64,000 nucleotides of DNA. It comes from Tubulanus polymorphus. Lineage: Eukaryota; Animalia; Nemertea. Both the position numbers and the translations under genes were made by a program. The stretch's first letter is position 1; every line of letters starts with the position of its first letter. Location: the NCBI RefSeq assembly GCF_964204645.1, contig NC_134028.1, positions 21,696,345 to 21,760,344 on the forward strand. The letters run 5' to 3'. The notes beneath the pieces are model-generated. The model made no database searches, was not told where the DNA came from, and saw nothing but the letters and a program-made list of their open reading frames with translations. Positions 12,861 to 25,500 of this stretch are shown one piece after another.

Positions 12861-15800
12861 TAACTCAAGATTTAAGAAAAGTACGTTAAGATAATGTAAA
12901 AGTAGGAAAGATCCTAGAATCAGAATCAGTCCCGTGATAGAACGATCATTCAGGCGTGCGCGTTGATTGCAAAATTGGAACCTGAAGTCCAGCAAAACTC
13001 AATCAGCTTTTCAGTGACTCGTTGGCCATATACTAAAGGACATTAAAATGGGGTTTATTACGGGAATTCACGTTCATTTGAATTATCATTCCCTTTGAAT
13101 TATTATATTGCAAGTTTTGGTCATTGTTGGTGGTTACTAATCTAAGGTTGACTGATCGCTTTCTGGATTTACTTTTTAGGTCAAGCCTCATTCAATAAAG
13201 TGCTGGGGTCCGGTCAGTTCAAGGTCTACGTACAGTCTGTACATTCTCGTTGCTCGTCCTATATACAAGACCTGCTTGCTGCCCAGGCTTTTGTGGCGCT
13301 GGCATGGTGGCCAGGTTGTGGAAGTTTTTACTTTATCTATAGTGTTAGCTCCTCGGTGGTTCTATGTACCGGTATATGATTCATCATGTTTCGTAGATTT
13401 AGTGTTGGGGTGTTCGGCAGTCACTTTCCTACGACATTTAGGTTACTTATTCTTCAGACTTACGAGTATTCAATAATTATCATGTAGTAATTTGTGTCGG
13501 AATTGGTTAAGATGGGTGGGTACGTGAGTGAAGAGACGGAGTTGGGTTTGGAAAGTGATGGATTGCAACGGCTGATCAACTGAACAAAGGGCAGAGGGAT
13601 TCAGGCGAATAGCCTAGATATAGGATATATAGGATAGGAATAGCCCGAAGAATGGGACAGTTGGTTCTATAAAATGATGGTGGGATAGCTGATTCGTTAA
13701 GTATAGATAATTTGGACTAAGTGAGCCTAAGGGTTATTGTGAATCATCAGGGCAATCATTAAGATAGAAGAGTGAGGAATTAATTAACGTCTAACCTTGA
13801 ATAGCATTTTCTTAATAGTTCCATTGTATCTTTCCTGAGCACAATCCAAAACTTGGATCGGGATATATTTCGATATAAAATCTGAAGGGTCTTGTGGCGG
13901 TTTATCTACTAAGATCGGATGCCTTTGTGGGTGGAGGTTTGTATCATCACCGTCGTGTCTTAGATACAGTGACTATAAGATCCCTGTCCAATGTGAATGG
14001 TCTATGGGTCGTTGGTTCCCTTCGATCGACTCTTAGGCCTAAATGGCATATCATACAACAATGAAAGAATAGTCCTCAGCCACAGGCCAACAAGATCTGC
14101 AGTCCTGGCCTTTGCCGCACTAGCTTGGAGGGTAGACTGGTTTCCTTAAGGACGTTTGGCTGTTTTTAGTTGTTCTTGTGCTTTGAGATCATCCGTTGTG
14201 GCTTCTAGGCGCTGGTGGATTGGAGGTATTTTCAGTCTAGCCCCCCTCGCCGTATTGTTTCCTATGATGTATTGGAACCCCTGATTTACCACCTTTGAGT
14301 TCTCCGGAGTAAGTTGTTGTTCTTGGAGAATGATCGCTGGGATTTCATACATCGACGCTTAAAAACCCACCCCCCCCCCTCCCCACACTCGAAGCAACGC
14401 TGACACATTTACATACTCGAATCATTGCTCTTTCATCAGAGGGGACAATTTTATGCCTGATTATTCGGGTCAGTCCTCGGGTCCTCAGTAGTTTACTATA
14501 CATGTATATGTATGAAACAACAAACTGTAGTATGATAAATGATTAAGTGAATGAAAAAAACATCGTTTTGCATGACTGTATATCCGATCCGACAAAATCT
14601 AGCAATTTTGTGTGGATGTCTTTCATGGACAGTCCCTATTGAAAATTTCACGGTCATTCACTATGTTAGTGCCAACTTGTTGGTCAAGGGCCACATACAT
14701 TAATTATCTTCTATATGAATTCGGTCGTGCATATCTTTGCAAAATTTTCGAAAATTCATTATAAACTCCTTCGAAGGTACCATTTAATTCGAAGGGTATA
14801 TTTATCCATCAGATATGGTAGGCCCTATAGATCAAAGATTAAAGATAGTACTAAAGGATTCCTTTAATTCCCTTATCATTTCAGTTGAATAAAACCCTCT
14901 TATCTCTGTCAACCTAGGATAAATCAAAATTTCCAAACTTGAATTTTACCGGATGAATTTCGAAGATTTATAAATCAAAACCATACCAAAAGTGTAAGTT
15001 TCGTTTTGATAAACGTCGACATTATAAATCGTGAAATTCCAGCGTGGGGCTTATTTTCTATCCCTCTAATCGTGTAAGTAAATAACAGATTCTTTTCTAA
15101 TTTTTTTTTAGTAGAGTTGCAAATTTTAACAAATATAGAAAAGGTAATATACTTACTAAGATTAGGTGATGATCCTTCTGTTAGTTGTCAACAGATGTCC
15201 GCGAATATCTAAAATTATCGCTGAATACAAATATACGTCTATCATGCGTGTTCATTCCGATCAGTGGGGTATACTAGTCAAACCAGTTTCGTCGTTTTTA
15301 TATGGTCACTTTGAACCCTCATTTACCCTCTTTGCACTAATTCACCATTTATTATGCATTGTTGAAACCTGTGGAAACCACAGCTGTTTTAAACCCAGTA
15401 TACGACAGTTACGCATTTAGGTTCATATTAGTATAACTAGCCCAATATCTACGTGTCATATTTCAAACCTTTTCTTGAGTATAGTGGTCAATCTTTTTGT
15501 TCGATTAAATTGCTAGTAGAGTCCGCTCGACTAAGATCTCGCTGGACCAGAAACTCCCTCACAGGAGAATTCCAGGGCAGTTGTAGCAGGGAAGGGTCAT
15601 CACGATGAAATGGATTGAGAAAATGTGGAATCATCCCGAATGATCCCAGCGAAATACATGTGGTATTTCATCAATTGTGTAGCATTTTATTTTGATTTAT
15701 CAGCAGTTATGGTGACAGTGATGCAATGAGAAACGCACTTTTCAATGTACATCTTACAGTTTTGTTTATCTTCAAAGTGTGAATAGATCGTTGAATAGAT

Positions 15801-16121
15801 CGATCTGAAATACATATCATTTGCATCTTAGCTTTATTTAGCGGAAACAATGTACGCGAATTCCTCAGACTCTTGCCGAAAATTCAAAGATAACATGTAA
15901 CCCTAACAGATACAATTTTCGAGAGAATGAAGTCCTATCACATTAGCAGGAAATGAGTACAACTTATGCATGCATGGAAATTAATTTTCAACGAAAGCCC
16001 TCGCGCCAATAACCCGAACACCTTGTTATTGTTAGATTTCTAGAACTAAAATGATAGTGTCAAACGAACTGAATATTAATATCGTTAATGGAATAAACAA
16101 CATCGGTAGCTGTGTAGATGA

Positions 16122-19100
16122 TTAGCGCGAACTTTCTGTGTTCGCACTGCCTTGGTATGTATGACCAACACCAGTGAAGCAATCGCTGAATTGCTTGTGG
16201 ATAACATCAGGATGTAGAATGTGTTCACCACCAATATTTGCTATGCATTCGTCAGTTTGAAACGAACACATTCCAGGATTGTAGTTTCCGACCAGAGTTG
16301 TAAAATGAGCAGCTGAATAGGTTGATTGCGTAATCGGTACGATTTGAGTCTCTTCGAATGAGCGACCATTAGAGCATTCAATACGCATCGTGGCATTTAC
16401 TTCATTTTTATCCAGTTTGTATTTAGTTACCGTGCCGTACATCAATGCTGCACCTGGGCCCCAAAACTCAGACCATTTTCCGTGCATGGTTCCAGTTCCA
16501 ACGGTCTTAGTTTCAGTCGTACTTGCCATGTATGATTTCGTGTGTCCAAGGGAACCAGATACAGCTACACTTACTGAGCTACCGCTACCCAGGACTTCTG
16601 CAGAGGCTGTAACTTTTGTCTCGATTTTTCCTTCGTACGTCCACGAATCTCCTTCTGTCAAAGTGTAGCCTATTGCATCTTGCACTTGTCTAAGGGTCTG
16701 TAATGTTAGTCTGTTTTTCGTACCATTTCTACAATTGTGACTTGATGCCAGTCCTACGACGGACATCGTATCCAAAGCCAATTTTAATGTTTCTGATATG
16801 GTCATTTGTGTAGCTACGCATATTGCATATGTGCACGTTTTCACTTTCCAGACGCGGTCCCTGTAACAGAAATTTATAAGGAAAACTATTTACTTGCCTA
16901 ATTCATGACCGCCTTAAGATTTGCTAAAGAACCAAGCCGGTTTCAGAAAAGGGCACTCGGTGTTTGATCGTATCTTTTCGTTGAGGTCAATAATTGATCT
17001 ATTCCTGGCTATAGTAATAAAAGGTTCTATTGTGTCTCTATCGACTATCGTAAAGCTTTTGATTTGTTTTGGAGGAAAGCGTTTTGGCACAAAATCATTA
17101 GTACTGGTGTAACAGGGAAGACCCTTCGGGTAATAACTAATATCTATCAACATGCCGTGTATCCGTGTAGATGAATACGGTCAGATTATTTCAGAGTTTT
17201 AAAGGATTGCGGCAAGGTAAAAACCTTTCCCCAATATTTACTCTCTTGAACGATATCGAATCTTACTTATTGGAAAGTCTAGCAGAAAGCCCGAAGAGTT
17301 CCTAATATGAAATAGACGTGCTATTTTACTACTGCCAGCTTTGGGGACTGGATATCAATTTGGAAAAAACTTAAGTAATCATCTTTCAAAAAAGAAAGCG
17401 TCGTAAACTCCCAGAGTTTTACTTGGACGGCAAAAATATAGAACTGGTGGATTGTTTTAAATACCTAAATTTAGGTATCTTTTTTGTAATTGTATGTATT
17501 GACCCATTAGAAATCCATGCAAGAACAGCCAGGTTTTTCGTATTGAAAAAGGTTCAGGAATATTCATTACGAATAGATCTAGCACTGCAGCTCTTGGACA
17601 GCATGGTGGTTCCCGTTTTAACTTTTGGCTGTGAAATTTGAGGTTTTCTAAATCTGAACTGGCCATAGAGGGAGAGTTAGATCAACCTTTTTAAAGAATC
17701 TGCTAAAATTAAAAAGATCAACACCCTGTTTTTTGTTTATGGTGAACTTCGACGATTCCCTCTTTCGATTACTATTAAAAGCAGAATGCTTAATTTTTTG
17801 AGATTCCTGTTAAATACAAACAAATTATCATCATGTTTATAGAACTCTACAACGTCATTTTTAATTGACAGAAACGTTAGTAAAATGGCTTGGCTTCGTA
17901 AGAAACCAACGGATCAAGTGAAATATGGTATAACCAGAATACCCCAGACTCAAATATTTTGCTACCATCATAAAGCAACGCTTAACAGATCAGTATATCC
18001 AACAGTTCACGAATCCCTAAACAACTGTAACACAGCTATATATTATAGACGTTTCAAAAGTGAATGGGGCTTAGAAGAATATCTCACCACACTGCCATCG
18101 GACCTAAGAATATTTTTTGCCGCTTTCGTTGCTCAAATCTTAAATTACCAACAGAAACCGGACGATACAATCGAACCCCAGGGAGGAAAGAATTTGTAGT
18201 CTCTGTGACACTGAAAATGTCGTGGATGAATTCCATCATGTCATTAATTGCCCTTTTTTCCGAAATTCCCGCACTAAATTTTTAAAACCATTTTCCAGAA
18301 TAAGACCAAGTGTGCACAAATTTACCCAACTAATGAAAACTAAAGGGAAACAACTAAAACATCTTACCCGATTTATCAAAACTTCCAAATACCTCCAAGC
18401 CATTTTTGAATATGTCGTTGTATATGTAGTTAGTATGAGTATGTGTATGTTCGTCTATATATGTTAATAATTTGTAAATCATGTTACATCTACACATTAA
18501 TATATGTATGAACATAAATGATTTAAGAGGAATAAAGTGCATGTGTAAAGTATTAAGGAGAACATTCGCTGTGATAATTGATGGGGGTTTCGGCGCACAC
18601 TAGATGGCGAAACAGAATACTCAGTTATACCATGGACTCTAAAACGAAGGGATGTGAAACACGGCGAAAGATCAACAGCTAGCTGTCAGATCAACAGCTA
18701 GCCAACAGCTAGTTGGATCGTAGCTACGCTGAGATCGGTTAACGAGTGTTTCCGATTATAGCCGAACAGCTTTGAGCAAGGAGAACCGCCATATTTTTCT
18801 GCGGTGTTTAGCGTGATTATGTACGTGAGATAAATTCGTTTTAGAGTCCGCATGGTTATACGTAGTGAAAATTAGTTCACTTTCAATGAATGCACTTTGA
18901 ACTGGAATTTTAGGCTCCCCCATGGAAATGTAAACAAGCAAGTCATCGCATACGTAGATATAAGAGAGATGTTCCCAATGATTGTAAATGTACCGTATAT
19001 TGTTAATTTGCGTACAGGGGCGGATTTAGACCGTGTCGACCGTGTCGCCCGACACGCTCGGAATCTTAAAGTGCCTTTTTATTTTTTCTCTGTATCAAAA

Positions 19101-20447
19101 TTTGCCGTCGTAACCATCTGCGATACACAATAGATATTTTTCTTAAATATATAACCTATGTTTTTTGACTAAATGCCTCTCAGAGATGCTCAGAAAGCTC
19201 TAAAATGATAGTAAAATTTCAAAAATTTTGCTGATATGCCTTTCCACCCTTAATTAAGAATATATGCCCTTTTTATTGGTCGACATGGTCACAACATGCC
19301 CCGGGATCCGCCCCTGGTATGAGAAAAGTTGATCTGAATTTAACTGAAATATAGAAGAAATTGAAGCGCGGTAACCCAGTAACTACTAGCGCATCCTCGC
19401 CAGCTATAAGTGGAATCCTCGCTTGCTACATAGCGGTGCCAGCACCCTTTAGTGACTATTCGTTATGCCAACACCCTTGTATTTAACACGTACCTATGAC
19501 TGCTACTGTATTCGCTCCATAAACCCGTGACGCCCCTTCCATTGTCAATAGTATGGTCGAATGAATTGTCATAGTAAGCAAGATTATTGGTCGTTCTACA
19601 GTCAGTCCCAGGTTCCGTAGCCAACTGAAAGTGATAAATATTTTCAAGTGAACGCTTTAATGGATCGATGATTGTCGACAGACATTTTACATAATGATGG
19701 AAATACCCGACAATACTTATATCATATTGTTAATACAGAAACATTTTTCATAATTTTGCTATATTAAACTCAGTTATATATATCCCAGTCTTCTCTTCCA
19801 CCTCCCTAGTTATCCTGAAGATGACTACTTAGGATATACATGAAGTGGAAATGTCGAATAAACTGTTAGCTCAATGGAAATATTGCGAACATTAATTTTC
19901 TAAGTCACAGTGAAATGCGTAATGAACGTAATAATAACCGATTTTCTTCCCTAAAAGGGATTTTTTATAACATCGAATGAATTTTGTTACCATTTTTGTT
20001 TTCATTACCTTAATACTCTCAAACGTTAATCCAAGACTGATGGACAGGTTACACACGATGTATATATGACTTAAATGCTAAATTGTGACGTACCTTACAA
20101 CATCTGAATTGCCAAACTCGGTCCTCTTCATTATTTTTGTGGTAGCTCCATACTCCCACCAGAAGTCCTCCATCTGGGCAGGAGAAATCTATCTTTCCTC
20201 TCATCACCGTAGGACTCCCAGCAAGTCCGCAATCTTTCCCTCTGCCTACTAGGCCACTGTTTTTACATTCGAAATACCATCTTCTGTCCTCCTTTGAGTT
20301 ATCGTGCTCACTTTTAATTCTAGTGATATGCGACCCAGGTGGACAGGTGAAGTCCAATCTCTTATCGTACTCATTCATCCAATTTACTTCCGCGTTATTG
20401 TTGCAAATTAATGCAGCCATAAGTACAATCGGAATTAGCATAAACAT
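16122..20447 (-). CDS. Gene A1: secreted dermatopontin-domain + aerolysin/ETX-MTX2-like pore-forming protein, 407 aa
   Basis: Exons 20447-20094, 19624-19494 and 16860-16122 (GT-AG, in frame). Signal peptide MFMLIPIVLMAALICNNNA; dermatopontin repeats SEHDNSKEDRRWYFEC / SYHKNNEEDRVWQFRCC / SEYSSSHRDRVWKVKTC; Ser/Thr-rich strands flank the alternating hairpin KIETKVTASAEVLGSGSSVSVAVSGSLG. The pore-domain call is motif-based. Confidence 0.85.
16895..18515 (+). mobile_element. Degenerate LINE RT fragment inserted in the last intron of A1
   Basis: NQAGFRKGHSVFDRIFSL, IELVDCFKYL, DSMVVPVLTFGCEI, FRCSNLKLPTETGRY and DEFHHVINCPFF with many frameshifts; absent from the ~220-240-bp equivalent introns of A2 and A3. 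Confidence 0.9.
19015..19316. mobile_element. Short MITE
   Basis: Termini CAGGGGCGGAT / ATCCGCCCCTG. Confidence 0.6.
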
Positions 20448-20666
20448 CTGGAATAAAGAATCTGAACAAGATGTTTTTACTCACGAAGATAAGAAAAAAT
20501 CAATTAGAGTCCACATAAAATCACCGAAACAAATAGATTGGAAATTATTAAGCACCAAGTGGAAGGTGTATTTAAGTGGTATTAGAAATGAATCATTACC
20601 TTTCATCTTCCCTCCCTAAACACTTTTCTTTATATATTCAACCAAATGAATTGAGCAGCAACTTAC

Positions 20667-22397
20667 CTTTCAATCACTCGTGTTCGCTGGTCTTTGTTTA
20701 AATGAAACCGTTTATACCGACCAAACCGAAATGTCACCCAACTCCTCACACAAGTTTCGAAATAAAAAATATGTTCATAACAACTGGAATGGCTTAACAA
20801 AGAATGTTCATATTTCACCAGTTGATCTCTCGTGAAAAACAGGACACTTTTTAAGTTGATTGATTCAACGGCTGTTTTTACTCATATTTAACGTTTTCAC
20901 TAAGAGAGTCGGTTCGTGCTCAAACTTGATAATTTCCGAACGTTATCTCAATATACGGTAACCATCAATAGGCTATTCTTGATAGACCACTGCTATCGGT
21001 TAATTGAATAAATGATTTTCAGCAAAATAATGCAAAGGATAAGCAAAATGGGCATCAGCATGTTTTGTAATTTCAAGTACCAGAGTTGGAAGTTGTTGAT
21101 TTCTTCCCTAACAGGTGCAATGGAGTATCTACGGATATCGTATTATTCCAACAAAATATCATTTCTTCTTCGCTTTATCGTACATTAGAAAGAACGTTGG
21201 ATTTTCATCATTTCTTCAGTGTTCTAAAACAACTGAAAACATAACTCGACCATTTTAGACCTAAATTGTTCAACTCGATCCGGATTGAAAGGCTGTGGTG
21301 CACATCAGAAAATAAACTAAACTACGAAATAGATTTGTGTTTATAAATGATTTTGGAAGTGGGCGACAAAACCAAGAATATCGCATTTTTGTGTTCTTTT
21401 TGTTTTGTCTCCAAGATCCGTTATGTCATCCTCATCTGCATATTGCGAACTAGTTGGCGTTATTGGAGTAATAAATTACCTATTTAGACAGTGGGAAATA
21501 AGCCGGAGTTCAAGGCAGTAGTTGCGGTTAGCAGGCGACCTACGTGAATACTTACGTCACACATAAGAGAGAAGCATAGAAGATAGGTGAGAGTGACGTG
21601 GGTGTCTACGTTGGAAAGCTTGTTATAGCAGCAGCCTTGAGCTCTGGAAAGTTGAGTTATAAATTTAGCGCTCGTGACGTATAACACACGTAGAATTGAT
21701 TTACATGGCCAGTAGGACTGTAGTAATAGAATAAGACGTCTCTGGCGATGAGGCCAAGCGGTGTGGAAATATACGTCACGAGCGAAGGAAGAATAAGTAT
21801 AAAAAGGGAGGGTTTTAATGCAGTGGGGTCGAAAGCTTGGTCGGTAGAGCTGGGTCGGTTGAACTAGTGGTTAGAACTAGAGGGGACGTGCTAGGAAGAT
21901 TGTCAGAAAAGAGTATAAGAATAAAGATCTGGATCGATAGAAGAAGCTAGTTGTAGTTAATTTATGAGAAGAACCCCAAGGAACTACGCTGGTGAAACGC
22001 AAACAACGCAGGTGGTCAACACACGTCACCCGGACACTGGGAAAGAGGACCCCCACAACAGCGTAAGGCCCGAATCTGCCATGTATGTTTTCACCTTTCT
22101 AAATACTTGTCAAATAACATGTTCGCTTCCATAAAACCGAAAATATCAGAGAACATGGAATCTAAAATGCAAAAAATTATGAATTTCTGGAATTGGAATG
22201 CACCGACACGTGTTCGGGTTGACGTTGAACTTTGATATTCAAGTTGCAAGCCTTTTGGTAAAACGTAAAACTATCCATAAACACAATTGAAAAGAACACC
22301 GCGCACATGTTGCAATTCTAAAAATAAGGAGAGGACTTTGATGGATATTCACTCTCAAACTCATTTTGATACAGAACGTTCTCGGTATCACAAAAAG
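20667..22397. promoter_or_regulatory. Divergent (probably bidirectional) promoter region between the non-coding first exons of A1 and B1
   Basis: Conserved splice donor on the - strand next to 20667 (also 37281 and ~53109) and on the + strand at 22398 (also ~38272 and ~54798); the sequence between them is alignable across all three units. Transcription starts are not observed. Confidence 0.55.
21461..22060 (+). mobile_element. Solo LTR, 600 bp, with 4-bp TSD (Gypsy-like)
   Basis: GCGT on both sides; ends ...CAACA and starts TATTG (probably mutated TGTTG); internal TATAAAA and AATAAA; the empty site GTTGGCGTATGGC is seen in units 2 and 3. Confidence 0.8.
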
Positions 22398-22568
22398 GTA
22401 AGCGAACGTACAGCACGATATTTCTAAAACAATTTCTCCAAGTGAATAAAGTCAACAGTATTCAACGATTAATTGATAATTCGATTTTAGAGCCAGATAT
22501 CGAAGAATCTCATTTCCGCACTGAACTGTACTATCATTCTTGAATCTGATTGATTGCAATTTACAGTT

Positions 22569-25500
22569 ATGATTGCAAGCCTTGTTCAGGTTTGGGCTAC
22601 GATTTTCGCAGTTATTTTTTGCTGCGGAAATATTTCGGCCTGGGTTGTCGAATCGTACGACACATCGTTCGATTTCGCATGTAAAGATGGCGAACATATA
22701 TACTCAATCGAGAGCAAACACGATAACAGCAAAGAAGACAGATTGTGGAGTTTCCTGTGCCGCCCGGGTTACGTTTCTACAGATTGTGCCTTCACCGTAC
22801 ACCACGTCAATAGTTATTACAATGGTCTAGACTACAAGTGCCCCGATAATACAATAATCACAGGTGTCTCAAGCGAACACAAGGATAGGGATAGAATTTG
22901 GAAATATAGATGCTGTAAGGTTAGTTTACGAAATTCACATTTAGATGTAATTATCCCGTATACGTATCCTTTCATTTTACTTACATGTCTTTTGCGTACA
23001 AATTGTTTATTTGAAATTTCAGTTAAATACACTTCCCGGTACGAACTGCTTTTCGACAAGTCAAATCAACCACGGTGATGAACATTTCTTGTACGAAATC
23101 CCATATGGCGAGTCTATAGTTGGATTCAAAAGTGATTACGATGGCCCTACAAGGTAGTAGAGAGTTCAAGGGAGGGAGGGAGGGAGGGAGGGAGGGAGGG
23201 AGGGAGGGAGGGAGGGAGGGAGGGAGGGAGGGAGGGAGGGAGGGAGGGAGGGAGGGAGGGAGGGAGGGAGGGAGGGAGGGAGGGAGGGAGAAAATATAGG
23301 CCGAAGTTTAGAATAGGCATACGAGTTGAGTGTTTGCACAATGATGTAGAATACGGTTCTTTCTAGACTGCTCTTAATTGCTGCGCTCAAAAAAATCCAA
23401 TAATCACCCGCAAATACCTGCATTCCATTTCCTTTAAAATGGTGTATTAATTAAGTTAATCAAGCAAGGGAATTCAGATCTATATGATATTCAATCAAAA
23501 CTTATGTTTTAAAAATGAGCGCAAATTATCACAACAATGAGACCTCGAGGGACCGCCACAAAGTGGCGCCTAGAAACTGGAAACTTCTTCATTGGTAGAA
23601 GGATTATACACATAACTACGTCAGATCAATGAATATTTTGTTGCTAATCGTAAGTCGTAATATTGTGGACCTGGTTTCATATAAACGAGGTTGGATTTGT
23701 TTGTGTTGCTTTTTGCATTACGTTGTTACATCTACAATTAGTTTATTGCTCCGCTGAAATTTAAATTAACACAGGGCACAAAACAGGTTCATACATGATA
23801 CATGCATTTACACATTAGATACAAACACAGTTTAAATGAGAAGAAACACACGATAGTGAATCAATAATAGTTTACGGCGGACATTGAAAAGTGCATATCC
23901 AATATAAGTTAAAGAGAAACTTTGACCCTTGCTGTATAAAGCGAGACAGATTGCGGAGCTGTTTGCCCATAGAATTTAATAATTATATCAATTTGAAGGC
24001 ACTTTATATTATTCTAAAAAATAGTTTAATGAACCGGGTGCGGAGATTCTGAAGGGAAGGGCATTCTAGAACAAAAAGGTACTCATCCCCAATGACTCTC
24101 ATATTACATAGATTACATACTCGCTCTTCCCTGGGGGTACGGTTATATCTTCCCTAGTTCAACTGGTAGTTTTTAGGGTTAGAGCAGCGAAAACGGCAAA
24201 AGATTATTCTAAGATCCGTTGGCAGTTTGACCAGGTAATTTTCGATACCCCATTGGTTTTTGAAAACTTATAGTACGTAGCGATGCTTGATACATTTACT
24301 TCGTTGTACCAAATTTATGTGAATTGGTCAGTTGATCGTGTCCGCAATGTTAATGTGAAGAGCTCCAGGTCCGGCGTAGTTTGGTTGTAACATTAATCAC
24401 AAAGTCCGTTGGATTCTTATGTTTTCTTGATACATTTTAACCATATACTCGTACTATTATTGAATAAGGACTGTTGGTACAAAACCTTGTACACAAAAGA
24501 AGAAAGTTTACTATGGTTGTTCACCAATTTGCTCCTAGAAATTCAGCATTTTGGGTTTTTGCCATTACTTCCAAAGGAAACGTCCTAGTTCTCCATAAAC
24601 AAAGAAGGTCGGTGTCGACCTTTATAGTTTTAATAGATATTTGAAAAAGGTCATTTGGACAAGTTCAGGTTTAAGAAATCTCCAAATTTCGCAACCGAAT
24701 GTTAATACTGGGGTTGCCATACTGTAAAGAAGTATTCTGTTACCTTTCTCAAAACAAAAAAAACAGCTTTATTGGCGTGTGATGCTATGGACTTTATGTC
24801 GATAGGCTTCCATTAAAGTAAAAATTGATACCTGGGGACTAATTCTATTTTACTTCCATTTATAAAAAATTCTGGAGGATTTAGACATTTCCTCTTTTGA
24901 ATTATTATTGCCTTAGTTTTGTCCAAGTTGATGTCGAGTTTCCACAGTTTGCAATACTCAAAGGCCTTATCGATAGTATATTTATTGTAAGCCTTGGGCA
25001 GATTCTGCTAGAATAACGGCATCGTCTGCATATAACAATAATATGAGCCGGAAACAACCATCTAGGCTTGCAAGGTCACGAAAAAACCTTATACCATCAC
25101 ACCGACTTTCAATCAGAACCGATTCCATGTCATTCAGATCTATTGAAAAAAGTATAGGGGAGAGGGACTCGCCTTGCCTCAATCCTTTAAAACATTCAAA
25201 GTACTCAGAGTTGACACCGTTTACTTAAATACATGATTTTGTATCTTGAAAAAAATTACTATAAGTTATATTGAATCGAATGCTTATCGATCATCGATGA
25301 AAACACAAAATAACTTCTTATTGTTTGCTAAAAATAATTCAATCAATGAATTCAAAGTGGAGATACGGTCCACTGGCTTCCTTGGCCTGCTTGGTTTTTC
25401 AGTAAATGATCATTAATGTCTATGTATTCCGTCAACGATCATTTATTAGACTAGTAAAAACTTTCCCCAGACAGCTGAGGAAGGTGATCCTTCGACAGTT

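Noticed and set aside
16390-16668. Antisense ORF recurring opposite every A pore exon (also 35413, 51309, 63620)
   Set aside because: Explained by conservation and codon bias of the sense strand; starts differ between copies and no independent protein features are evident.
22341-22397. Upstream coding exon for gene B (ATG GAT ATT CAC...)
   Set aside because: The frame is not conserved in B2 and B3, and the ATG in the next exon directly begins a signal peptide; treated as 5' UTR.
23147-23423. PPSL-repeat ORFs
   Set aside because: Artefact of the (GGGA)n microsatellite.
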